NCBI GenBank assembly: GCA_051362555.1
Contig: CM120643.1
Location: 7,812,001-7,876,000, forward strand
Origin: Lingula anatina
Lineage: Eukaryota > Animalia > Brachiopoda
DNA length: 64,000 nucleotides
Reading direction: 5' to 3'
A model generated the notes under the pieces. The model was not told the DNA's origin. It made no database searches and saw only the letters and a list, made by a program, of their open reading frames with translations. Numbering within the stretch: the stretch's first letter is position 1; the number at the start of each line of letters is the position of its first letter. This document shows positions 38,626 to 51,299 of this stretch, in pieces. The position numbers and the translations under genes are program-made.

Positions 38626-38842
38626 CAAAGGTTAATCAGAACGTTTGATTCAAGATAGGATTTTACTACACTCAGAGAATTCTCATCATGCCTGCGAGTA
38701 GAAAGTAGAAAGTAAACCGATTCTAAATACAGTTCTAGTATGGGGGCGCTAGTATGGTACTTGTTGGGAAGGCCATCTCGTTCTCTCTCTCTCTCTTTCT
38801 CTTCTTATTTTCCTCTCTCTCTCTCTCTCTCTCCTTTTTTTC

Positions 38843-38886
<44 letters not shown>

Positions 38887-38928
38887 CGGTTGAATAAGTG
38901 TGTAACTATATTCTTTTTAAATTATAGA

Positions 38929-39097
38929 GACGTGGATTACTATTGGTTTTGACAAGGATGGAGTTGTATCAGTGGAAGACGTTTCGAAGTTTGAGAGGGA
39001 GGAAGAGTAAGAAGGGGAAGTCCCTACTGTTGGAGAGACACTCATGGCTCCTTGGGATGGTTGCATGTATTTGGCAAAAGTGATTTACATTTAGTGG
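38929..39097 (+). pseudogene. Tudor/SH3-like exon of a CACTA accessory gene
   Basis: AG...GT-bounded exon encoding VGETLMAPWDGCMYLAKVIYIS, with one stop. Confidence 0.45.
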
Positions 39098-39169
39098 TAA
39101 GTGTATTCTCAATTAGTATAGTTTGCTTAGGTGAAATAAATTCAAAGGGCAGAAGGGTTCATACGGCAC

Positions 39170-39624
39170 TTAAGGTACATATTTACAGAGCATCGCTGTA
39201 ACATGGATTTCCAGTAACACATATAAACTACTTCTTCAAATTTCCTAATTACTCAAATAAATTTAACATGACAAGGGGTAAACTGAATAAGTCACCAGAT
39301 TGGTCATTAAAGAGCTTTAGACTGCTCCTTTCTTTAAATTTTTGGCCAGAAATTTAGCCTTTTTTCATGACCTATTATTATTATTATTTTTTTATTTATT
39401 TATTATTATTATTATTTATTTTTTTGCCCATTGATATACAGCATAGAGTGCTAGCAGAAAAATCTGTTCAAATATTTTTTCTTTTCTTTTTTTTTTTTTT
39501 TTGGAGGGGGGGTTAATTAAACTATGCCTTTTGGTAATCCTCTAAGTTATACTACTTGAAACTATATGCTGGCATTTTGTTGGCTTATGTGCATGGCCAA
39601 AATTTACTTCATATGCACCTTTAA
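39170..39624. mobile_element. TTAA-flanked ~450-bp element; a diverged inverted copy lies at about 34345-34714
   Basis: TTAAGGTACA...TGCACCTTTAA ends. Blocks such as CTGCTCCTT..TTTAAATTTTGGC and GCTAGCAGAAAA match 34345-34714 in reverse. Confidence 0.5.
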
Positions 39625-40651
39625 ACTTAGCCCCTTGAATTTACTTTTAATCTTGAAAAAAAAACTTGCACATTCAATCATATCTGCCACAGGAAAAAAT
39701 TATAGTTTTAATAGTCTTGATGGTTTTAAAAGTCAGTTTTGGTCATTTCCACAGAAAGGAGAAATATCAAAGTGCAAATACATGTGTTTTAAAAGAATGC
39801 TTTGAAACCTATTCTCCTTTTATTTTAGATTTCAGAAATGCATGTCTGAAGGAAAAGAAGGCATATGTGAAAGGTGAGTAAATGTATTTTCAGTGAGTGT
39901 CAAAGACTTCTGAACAAATCTAAGAATTTAAGTGTATCACCCTCATACTGACTTATCTCTTCTTTGTGAAACTAATATGTCTGATAATTCCATAATTACT
40001 GTTGTTTTTTTTTTTTAATAGTAACACAGAATCCAAAATGTTTCAGTGTTGCCTTGCTTCTGAATAACAGGAACCCCACTTTTTTTTAGTTCAAACAACC
40101 ATGCAACCTATGATGAACTGTTCATTTATAAAAAGGACAACCAGAGCAATGGTAGTAGTGTAAGTATATTGTTAATTGACCTGCAATTGCTGTTGCATAT
40201 CTTTTCCACTAAATGCTGAAAAAATTGTAATTTCCTCTTTCAAATAATAAGTACATTTTACACACATGAATTCAAATTTAATAAAGCTTTCCCTGTGTTA
40301 TTCAAGGAAAAAAATCAGAGCCAGCTTGTAATGCAGCAGTTGAAGAAAGTGTTTCAGTGCCTCGTGCATCATCTGTCCCCCGTCTTACTCCCACCATCTC
40401 CAACCCTGTGCCCTCCATATCTCCCCCCCCCATACCATATCCAACCCTGTGCCCTCCATAACTCCCCACACGCATACCCTGTGCCCTCCATATCCATCCC
40501 CCCCCCCCCCCATCTGTCTCATTTAGTTTTTTAAATGAAGTCATGCTTTCTTTATTTATTGTATAAATTCTCTTTCTTTCAGTGTATGTTATTAACAACT
40601 TGAAAATGGATGGGCCAGCAATTAAGCACACTATGAGTGCAAAAATTCACA

Positions 40652-40825
40652 CTTGTAAAATTTGTTGCACTCACAGGTAGTTTGTCAAGTAAGCTTCTAG
40701 TAGTTTCCATTAATAAAAACATATATATATTGACCTGCAATTATATATATATATATGTTTTTATTAATGGAAACTACTAGAAGCTTACTTGACAAACTAC
40801 CTGTGAGTGCAACAAATTTTACAAG
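40652..40825. repeat. Perfect ~79-bp-arm inverted repeat with a TA-rich centre
   Basis: CTTGTAAAATTTGTTGCACTCACAGGTAG...AAAAACATATATATAT and its exact reverse complement, around a TGACCTGCAAT spacer. Confidence 0.95.
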
Positions 40826-42974
40826 AAATGTCAAGTTTTATTTTTCTTGTCTTTCAGATGTGATATGGTGCTTGTATCCCAGTCGAAATTTGGTCTGACT
40901 TCTCTAGCGAGTGAAACAACAGCGGTGATATGTTTTCCAGAGATCAACTACAACCTGCCTGATCTCTACGTTTATTTCTCTGGCTGACAGATTTGGAGTC
41001 TCCTAGGACAGCAGGGACTATCTAGCTATCAGTTCAACTGACCAAACTCACTCTGAGCTCTTATACTAAGTTCTACTCCTTATATACTTATACACACAAA
41101 ATACATTACAGTGAATCATTAACAGGATTGAGATATTGAAGCCAGTTAACAGAATTAAGACATATTACTAAGGACTCGATAATTAAACTCGGACTTCTTT
41201 AAACTTGGATGTAAATAAAGTTGTTGAATCCTCTTAAAGATTAAAGCATCCTTTATAGCTTGGTTACTGTTCTTTCCAATGAATAAAATGCATAAGCAGA
41301 TTCACGTTGTATCATTATATCAGAGACATCTGAACAATCTTTACCAAATGTTGATTTAATTTGATTTAAATGTGCAAGTTTCTAAAATAAAATATTGAAA
41401 AATGTTTATGGTGTTTCTTACTGATATTCTGTGTGTGCTATTTTTTCATTCATTTGATAATTTTCTGTATGTGTTCTGCCAGCTGCACTATATGGCTAAA
41501 ATACAGTAATAAAATTTTGCTACTCTATGATTTCAAATATGGCATACATGATTGAGATTTAATTTAAAAAAAACTGGCATAAATAAAAGCATAATCACTG
41601 GGGTAAATATTAGTTGTCAGTCTACTGCAATAGTGGTACTGCAGAAGAATGTTTTTTCGATTTGTTTTTTTTTTTTTTTTTTTGGGGGGGGGGGGGGGGG
41701 GGGAGGGTTCCGGAAAAATTCACGAGAACAGTTCTGGAGATTTTGCAGCAAATTTGCAAGAAGGATTTCTTATGAGTTTGCAGAGCATTCGCAAGAACAG
41801 TTCTGGAGGGTTTGCAGCAAATTTGCAAGAACTTATAGTGAATTTGCAGAAAATTCGCAAGAACAGTTCTGGAGAGTTTGCAGCAAATTCGCAAGAACTG
41901 TAGTGGAGAGTTTGCAGCAAATTCGCATGAATGGTTCTTGAGAGTTTGCAGCAAATTTGCAAGAAACCTGTGACAGATTCCCTTTTGTCATGCTGATTAA
42001 GTTTGTGGGGAGTTTGCAGCAAATTTGCAAGAGACTTAATTTACATGGTAAATTTCCTCTTGCAAATTTGTTGCAAATTTGCAGCAACTGTTTGCAAGAA
42101 GCCTTAAATTTTGCTAAGGGTATTTGTATTATTTAATATTTTATGGGATTGCTCATTTTAATATTTTGCTTTTAGATAAGACTGAAGAAGAGGATTATAG
42201 GGTTTTTGATGTTGAGGGCAAGGTAGGTATGAAAAGAAAAGGTAATGTCCCTTCCTTGTCACTTAAATGGAGAAAAAACCTTTCATCCAGTAGGTATGAC
42301 ATTTTTTCTAAAACAATATGAAGTCAAAGACATGCCTGGTTGACTAGAGATGAAATAGACTTAGCCCATGGAATTTTATCAGATATGTTCCCAAAGGTAG
42401 AGGGCTTTCATGGTACTTGTGCCCTAGAGTTTGTTCAAAATGGTCATATCTTATCCACCCCCACTTCTTCATTTGTGCAGATAGATAATCTTAACTCCCA
42501 TTGGCTTACTCTTTCCAACATTTTATTAAAATAGCAATATTAGCAATTGTGTTCAAATTCCACACCTAGCGCTAGACTGAAAGGTAAAATTGCTGAGACT
42601 GATGCCTCATTGCTTTTTGCTACATCCAAGAAAAAAATTTTGGAGCATAAAGATGTTCAGGAGCAAACTGGTGATAATGACATTGGTCTTTTTAGTCCGG
42701 TTGCTTAGGGCAAAAAAATGGCCAAATCGTGACACAGCAGATAAAAGCAGCAAATTTTGCATGTGGGCACCTTTTGACATACTAAATCAAATTAGAGCCG
42801 TAGCCCACAGAAAAAATTTACCGTTTGGCCAAAAAATCCAAAATGGCCGCCAACTTGTGAAATTTTGTAGAAATATATACATATCTATGTTGATTTTTAT
42901 CAAATTAAGTATTTTCTCAATGTTTTCCACATCCTTATTACCCATATTATGCATATGTGTCAGATAACAAACTA

Positions 42975-43986
42975 CTCTGAAGTATCAAATAAACGTACCG
43001 GTACGTTAATTAATTTTCCAAATTTCTTCCCGCCGGTACGCTCCATTTTCACCCAGTACGCTTATTAATTTTTCAAAAATCTTCCACCCGGTATGTTTAT
43101 TAAATACAAATTGTACCGGTGGGAAATTACACAAGTACAAGTCACGCTTTTTATTTTCTTAAATTGAAGTATAATGAGAAGAAAATTGAGATCTCAACTC
43201 ATTACCGACTGTTCTACCAACAGCACTGGAAAGTAGGTCAAGCGGAAGTCGCTCTCTGAACACAACAGTACATGCGTCACCTGATTTCAGTTCCTATAAA
43301 TAGACGTGCTTTCCCTTCAACAGTGACAACTACTCATGTACATCGATCGAATGATGCAATGTCGCAAGGTGATAGGATCATATTTATAGCTAAGGAGGTC
43401 ATTTCAAGTGCAGCAAAGAAGTTGTGCCTGTTTTCAAACGTCAATTATTTCATGCCGATTTATGATTTAAACGATGTTAAATCACATTTCTATGTAAGAT
43501 AAACCCTTAGGAGTTTACAGGTATGCAAAACGAACCTTATATCTGAGAATAAATTTACTATGAATAACGTCTCCGTATGGCTCTCGGAGGCGGCTTAGGT
43601 GCGACATATCTGGGTCTTCGGCCCCTGACGATTATGAAATTTAACTCATGGCAAATATATATATATATATTAACATAAATTATAATACTGAGTGAATTTT
43701 ACCTGGTGAATTTTTTTTTTTTTTTACAATGATCAATAGCTAGCTTTTTTCTTTCTCTTCTTCTTCTTTACTTTTATTTATTTATCTCATTTTTTTTGGG
43801 GGGGGGGGGGGGGGAGTGGTGCAAAGGTTTTTTCCACCCAGTACTTTTATTCCATCCAGTACTTTTATTAAATTTCGAGATTTTTTACACCCAGTACTTT
43901 TATTCCATCAGTACTTTTATTAAATTTTGAGATTTTTTCCACCCAGTACTTTTATTCCATCAGTTCTTTTATTCGATACTTCAGAG
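42975..43986. mobile_element. Tc1/mariner-pogo-type MITE nested in the Academ arm
   Basis: TIR CTCTGAAGTATC(A/G)AATAAA, TA TSD, CACCCAGTAC subterminal repeats. Confidence 0.85.
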
Positions 43987-44323
43987 TAGTGTCCTTGGAC
44001 TTATTGAAAAATCCAAGATGGCCGCCGTATGGCATAGGAATACTAGAACATGTACAATGGTTTTCAACTAACTTATGCCAACTAGGAAGATGCATTGCCC
44101 ACTATCTAATTAATTTTGTTTCTTATTGCACAAATAATATATTTGTGGTGAGTAACTAACCTTTATTCACAGGCAATTTGAGAAAAATCCAAGATGGCCC
44201 CCCATATCAAAGGAATACTAGTATACACATAGGGCTTCTTCTGCCATGGAGATATAATATTGATTGATAAATTAGGCTTATTTCTGAGTATTTTCCACAT
44301 CTTTTTAATTCACATAATACATA

Positions 44324-44421
44324 CCCAGCAGACAAACGACATTGATTCACTGTTGAATCAACGTTAATTTTGGTGGATCAACATTGAATCAACGTAGAAT
44401 CAATGCCGTTTGCCTGCTGGG
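44324..44421. mobile_element. 98-bp CCC-ended mini EnSpm-like MITE
   Basis: CCCAGCAGACAAACGACATTGATTC / GAATCAATGCCGTTTGCCTGCTGGG, TA TSD, internal TTGAATCAACGT repeats. Confidence 0.85.
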
Positions 44422-47400
44422 TATGTGATGAGAATGTTATGTGTATCCTTTTTGAAAACAAAACAAAACAAAATGGCTGCCATTAGCCATAGAAGGTGGC
44501 GTTCAGTTAATACCTGCTAGAGATAGGCTTACAAATAAAATGAAGCTGAATTCAGTTGTTATTCTGTTTTTTTAGCATTATTATCCCGTGATACATATCT
44601 GTTAGGTAATTAATGTCCATATTTTATCTTTTTGGGAAAATCCAAGATGGCCTTCTTTTCCCCATAGGAAAACTGGTGCATTAGATTTTATAGGCACTTC
44701 TTAGGCAAATGAGGGTAATCATGATATTTTTTCAAAATATTTAAGGGTATACACTTTTTACCAACCTGATAGATATCTAAAAGTCCGAAAAGAATGTTGG
44801 AAATACCGAGAAACAAAATTCATTTTATATTGAACCCAATGTCTCTCTGGCAGTAGTTGACTGTACTATTCCTATTGTGAATTGCAGCAATCTTGAATTT
44901 TCTCAAATACGCAAGATGCACACTTGCTAAACACCAGATTTATAAAGAGTAAGGTTAATAAGGATGTCAACATGTTTAAACATCAAACGGCTTTATTTCG
45001 TGTTGGAATCAATGTCTGAACTGTTCTATTAATTGACACCTATGTGCATTTGAATGATATATTCCTATGACAACTGGCAGCTATCTTGGGTTTTCTCCGA
45101 ATAATACTCAAGGATACATACACTTTCAAAACACACAGAGTCTTTCATAGGGATAAATAGGATATGAAAAACATTTAAAAACGACCCAAAGTTAACTACA
45201 CTTAAATCGTACTCAGTGTATCTCTAGCATTATTTGATTATGTGTTCGAATATTCTAATGACAAAAGGCAGACATCTTGAATTTTTTCAGAATACCCAAA
45301 GATACACACATGCTACAGACCAGGTATACATCATAGTGGTAATAATAAATGGAATGAAAAACATAAATTATTTAAAAAAAAGAAAACCCATGGAGATGTA
45401 ATTGTATAATGAACCATATGCCTCTCTAGCAGCAATTGAAACCCACCCATTAGTATTCCTATGTTAAATTGTAGGTATCTTTTTCTCAGAATATCCAAGG
45501 ATGCACACCATTTACCCACCAGAAAAATATATCATAGGACTAATAAGGATGAGCAAAACTTGATAAGCAAACATAAATTCACCCTGGTAATAGATGAAAA
45601 GCCATGGATGTGCAGTTGTAATTCCAGTAGTATTCCTATGGCCAGTGACGGCCATCTTGGGTTTTCTCAAAATGATCAAATATGCACATTTATTACCTGC
45701 TAGATATGTATCAAAGTGTAATAATAATGTGTAAAACACTAAAAAAATAAACTGAATTTGATAGTGAATTAGCTGGCATTAGTTCCAACCTTTTGTAATA
45801 CTAGAAGTATTCCTATTACATATGACGGCCATCTTGGATTTTCTCAAAATGCCCAAGAATACTGTTAGTTACTCACCACATACATATTGTGTGGGTAGAA
45901 AAGATGTGGAAAACACTCAGAAACCAGCTTAATTTGATAGTGAAAAACTAATCTTTCCAGTTGCCATTAGTTTAATCCCCCGTATACTAGAATTCCTGTG
46001 GCACATGGCAGCCATCTTGGATTTTCCAAAATCCCCAAGAACACTTCGTAGTTATTCTCCACAAACATATTATGTGGGTAACAAAGATCTGAGAAACAGA
46101 CTTAATTGAATAGTGGACAACGTATCGTTCTAGCTGTGCACTAGTATTCCTATGGCTGTTTCTATGGCAAATTACAGCCATCTTGGATTTTTTAAAAAGT
46201 CCAAGGGAACTTGTTTGCTATCTGACATATATGAATAAAATGGGTAATAAGGGTGTGGAAAACTCTGAGAAAATAATTTATTTGATAAAAATCAACATAG
46301 GTATGTACATATTTCTAAAGAATTCAATAAATTGGCGGCCATTTTGGATTTTTTGGCCAAACGGTAAATTTTTTCCGTGGGCTACGGCTCTAATTTGATT
46401 TAGAATGTCAAAAGGTACCCACATGCAAAATTTGATGCTTTTATCCGCCGTGTCACGATTTTTTCCTTAAGCCACCGGACTATTTTACCATTGCAGTGCT
46501 TTGGAACAAGACCTGAGGACTTCATTTGGGAGCAAAGGGCGATGAAGGACCATCTCAGCAAGTGCTTTGAAAGTGGACGGCTAGAAATGTTCCCATATAG
46601 AGCAGAGAACCGCCACCATACAAGACCAAAATTGTCTAAATTTCCAATATATTGCCATTGTGGGCAGGTCTATGACAGAAACCAGGGCTGGATTGAATGT
46701 GAAGACTGCCTGCAATGGTTCTATCTCAAATGTGAAGGGATCCAGTCATCTGGCCTGGAGAATCTACATCTTAGGGTGTTATTCTATAGAGCTGTAATCT
46801 GGCAGATAGACACATTGTACTAGTTTGGGAAGGTTCTTGCTAAGTGCAATCATTGCAATTAGCTTAAATGGCTGAGTTACTGAGGAGAAGGTATGCATGT
46901 ACGACAGAAACCAGGACTGGATTGAATGTGCAGACTGACTGCAATCAATTAAAGTGCATCTCAAGTGTGAATGGCCCCAGTCATCCACCCTGGAGAATCT
47001 ACAGCAGTCACGTTGTGCCTGTACATAAAAATCACAGAATATTTATTTATGCCAAATTGTATTTATGGTAATGACATAAAAGTCACTTTTAGCTTTCATT
47101 AAGTATGTCATGTAACTCAGACAAATAAAATACTTCACTGAAAGGAATTACTGTTTTTAGCTTTCTGAATATAACTCAAGTGTGTTGACATCAGTCTTCA
47201 TCTTTCCAGCAGCAGGCAACGAGGCCATAAAACCAAATATTTGTGCTCAAGAAATAATGAAAATCACAGATAAAGTATCACTTGTCCAAAATTGGGAAAT
47301 TACAGAGTCATGAACAGCCATGAAGACATAAACACCCTCCACAGATATTATCACTGCTAAATGACACCATACACAATTCATACTCTCAGACTATACAACC

Positions 47401-48199
47401 TTTAAACCAATGAAACCTCAGGCAAGTGAACCTTCTGACTAGCAAACCTTTGGAACAGCTGGGCATCTGCATCACCAAACTATCAGACCTATGAACCTCT
47501 GACTATTGAACCTTTTGAACCATTGGATCTTGGCATCATCAAACTATCAGACCAATAAACCTTCTTACTGCTGTCATGCACCTGACAAATCATTTAACAA
47601 TGCTAACAATTAACCATTTCATAAATTCACAAAATGACAATATTTAATAATTAAAATAAATATCAGAATCAGAAACAATATTAAGTTATAGGGTAAACAA
47701 CAGATGTGTCCCAAAGTGCTGGACAGATGTGTCACTGTCACAAAGTGCTGGACAGACGCAGTGATCAGAATATAGACAGACTGAACGTGTCTGTATATAA
47801 TAAATATGTGATAAAATTTGCATAATGCAACTTAATGACCTCACAATAACAGAGATCATTTATAAAATATCATAATTGACCTGAAATATATATTCACATT
47901 TAAATATTTTTACTGTCTTGTTCTCTTCAGTGATGGCTTATTGTCTACCACAATCTCACTGTATATGCTACCTCTACTAGTACTGTAACAGTTTCCATGC
48001 ATATGGGGAAAATTATTATAACACATCACAACTGAGCTGAAATATCAATTCACTCTTGAACATTTCCATCATGTTAATTCTTAACAAATGACAGGTGTGA
48101 CTAATAAAACATTTAATGACTATAAAAATTAAATTTCCATTACAATTAAAGCAGTGAAACATTATTTTTATTCATGATAATCCATGCTTTCCTCATTGA

Positions 48200-50540
48200 A
48201 ATCATCATTTCATTGCACCTCCCCCAAAAAATGTACCAACTGGTGTTTGTGTCTCTACACAAAGAGGGGAAACAAATAGCCTATCCTTATTTGTATATAA
48301 AAAAAAAAAACAACCATACATTTTGTCAGCTATCTGCAAGAGGACCAGTCACCTGTTTACAATGGCTTTCCTGTCTCTGGCTGTTCATTCATTCTAAAAC
48401 TTGCCACATCCATGATCCCATGTCTTGCACAACTGGATGAGATGAAGATGTTTCTGTTGCTGTCTTTTTATGTCTGCTTCTTCTAAAATACATGTCCCCC
48501 ATGTTCAGCCAGGTAAAGTCAGTTCACCTAGAAGACACCATGCTGTATGGAGACTGGAGCTGGAAAAAGAGACATGGCAATGTATAAGTGAAGGAACACA
48601 AATTACCTTAACACAAAGAAAAGACAAAAACCTGACAGTCCACCAGAGCCAGTTGGGAAAAATATTAAAACTATGGTACACTGCCAAGTGCCCACCTTAT
48701 ATGGTAGACATCATTGTTGTGGTGATTGAACTGTGATAAGTTAAAAATGACCTTTGCCTTTTGAAGGCTGTTGGGCACAATTGTGACAAAAGAGACCAGC
48801 ACATTCTCAGATTGAATACAGTTTAATAAACAGAATTCTGCCAAATCTGTGGGAATTAATGTGAAATTTGCACACAAAATGCTTAACATCTGTAAAAATT
48901 TGGGATAATTATATCAATTGACTGCAACTAATTGAAAGATGTTTTCTGAGGAGTAATTTGAGTCACTAAAGAAATTACTAATAATAATGACAAAATTACT
49001 TCAACTTAAAGGAAACAAAAAAATATGATAACTGCTTTCTTTCTCTACAGAGGAAGATTAGGAGACCAATTATATATTGTCACATGACTTGTAAAACACT
49101 ATCAACCATTAGTTTAATGTAGCACCTGCCAGCAGTCCAGTTACTGTCATGACAATGGGTCATCCCAGGGAAGTAATGACCACTGCTCCACTTTGGGTCC
49201 AATTTATTTCATCCCAAACTGACCACATCAAGCAGGCCACTACAGAGACCAAACGAGTGTGTAAACTAGAAAAAATATAAACATATATTAAACAAGGCAA
49301 TCAACCACTTGACCACTGATGATAAGAACTAATAAAATTGAGTGCTTCAGCCAGCCAAAGAACATGAATTTCAGACACTATGTTTAAAGCACATGCCATA
49401 TGAACAACATTTTAATTGAACTATTTTGTACAAAAGACTAATGGTTTAAACTAAACCAATTAATTGTCGACAAATGAGAGATATGGATCAAAAATGCCAT
49501 TAATGACTATAAAGATACAATGCAAATTACAATTTTAACTTTTTTTAATAAAGAAGAGTGGATAATTACAAAAACCCATGCTTTTCAAGTCACATTGGAA
49601 ACCACTGGATTCCAAAAATTTTTGTCTCTACAGAGGAAAGAAAGAGACCTATTATACCCACTGTTACTTGAAAAAGAAAAACTGTTCATTTTGTGTACAA
49701 CCTGCAAGAAGTCCAGTTACCTGTTTACCATGGCTGTTCTGTCTCTGGCTCTTCACAACCCATTCATCCTGAAACTTGCTGTGTCTTGTACAACTGTGTG
49801 AGATGAAGGGATATTCCTGCAGCTTCTATTTCCTGTCTATTTCATATTAACAATACATGTCCTCCATTTTCAGCCAGGTAAAGTCAGTTCACCTAGAAGA
49901 CACAATGCTGTATGGAGACTGGAGCTGGAAAAAGAGACGAAAGATTATATTAATGAAGTGACATAACTATCTTAATAAAAAGACAGAACCCTGACAGTCC
50001 ACAAGAGTCAGCAGAGCTAAACCTACAATACCAGTATACTGCCTAATGTCCACCTAATATGACAGACATCACAGTTGTGGTGACTGGACCAAGACAAGTT
50101 TAAAATGTCTTTTGGAGGCTGCTGGGCACAATTGTGACTGCTGAGTTGAGCACAATCTTAGATTAAACATAGTTAAATAAGCAGAACTCTGCCAAATCTG
50201 GAATTTCTGTGAAATTTGCACACAAATTGCCTAACACCTGTAATAATCTGGGATAAGTATTTCAGTTAACTGTGCCTTGTTAAAGTACATTTTGTAAAGA
50301 GTAACATAAGAAAAGTGAAAAAAATTATTTAAATTTACAGAAAACACAAAATATGATAACTGGTTTGTTGATCTACATGGGAAGGATAGAAGACAAATTA
50401 TCTATTGTAACACAACTTGTAAAACAAAACCAAGCAATAATTTTGTGCACTACCTGCAAGGAGGTTTTTTTGGCATGGTGATGGGTGACTGTGGGTAATG
50501 ACCACTGCTCCACCTTGGGTCAAATACATATCACCTGTTA
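48200..50540 (-). repeat. Diverged tandem duplication, period about 1365 bp, with minus-strand splice-like signals
   Basis: Homologous blocks, for example AGCCAGGTAAAGTCAGTTCACCTAGAAGACAC at 48507 and 49872, and TGTGAAATTTGCACACAAA in both copies. Confidence 0.8.
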
Positions 50541-50805
50541 TGACCAGGTCCCGTGGGTCTCACTCGCCATGTGCTTCTTTCACACTCGTTCCCATTACCA
50601 CATCATCCACCAGGTGGTGGCCCCAGTCAAGACGCCACTAATCGGCAGCCGTGTATTGGATATAACATTCCTCCCAACCTTAATTTTTTTCTACAACATA
50701 TAAGCTTAAAAATCATTATCATTATCATTATATTTTGAATCCTGAAGAATTTTCAGTTTTCATATTGTATAAAGTCACATCTTGAGTGCTATATGCTTAA
50801 GCCTT

Positions 50806-51268
50806 TCAGGACAGCGATCCGCCTTCATCCTGATTAAATATCAATTATCTCAGATTACTTTTTTTCAGGACAGCGATCCGCCTTCATCCGGATTACATTT
50901 AAAAAAAAATCTCAGATTACTTTTTTTTTAGGACAGCGATCCACCTTCATCCTGATTACATAGAAATAATCTCAGATTCCTTTTTTTTTTTTAGGACAGT
51001 GATCCACCTTCGTCCTGATTAAATATCAATTATCTCAGATTACTTTTTTTTAGGACAGCGATCCGCCTTCATCCTGATAAATATAAATTATCTCATATTC
51101 CTTTTTTTCAGGACAGCGATCTGCCTTCATCCTGATTAAATATAAATTATCTCAGATTACTTTTTTCAGGACAGCGATCCGCCTTCATCCTGATTACATA
51201 GAAATTACCTCAGATTACTTTTTTTCTCCTCAGGACAGCGATCAGCCTTCATCCTGATTACATATAAA
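50806..51268. repeat. ~60-bp tandem array (8 copies) with variable T-tract
   Basis: Unit GGACAGCGATCCGCCTTCATCCTGATTAAATATCAATTATCTCAGATTAC(T)nCA. Confidence 0.92.
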
Positions 51269-51299
51269 TGATTGAACTGTCACTTTAATACATAATCTT

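Larger units (their letters stand above)
28840..42120. mobile_element. 13.3-kb EnSpm/CACTA-type element (CCC termini, non-autonomous, with nested inserts)
   Basis: Perfect 13-bp TIR CCCTTAGCAAAAT / ATTTTGCTAAGGG. TA on both flanks. Dense TTGCAGCAAATTTGCAAGAA subterminal repeats (28860-30270, 41740-42100). An internal EnSpm coding remnant is present. Confidence 0.88.
42693..46482. mobile_element. Non-autonomous Academ-type DNA transposon
   Basis: TAGTCCGGT(T/G)GCTTA termini and about 280-bp TIRs. Internal AATCCAAGATGGC repeats switch orientation between arms. A TTT TSD, once removed, restores the host frame. Confidence 0.88.
42330..46780 (+). pseudogene. Ulp1/C48-like cysteine protease plus PHD finger gene relic, interrupted by the Academ element
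   Basis: WLTRDEID, FVQI...SHWLTLSNI, DVQEQTGDNDIGL|FTIA, QRAMKDHLSKCFE...FP, YCHC...WIECEDCLQWFYLKC. Confidence 0.78.
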
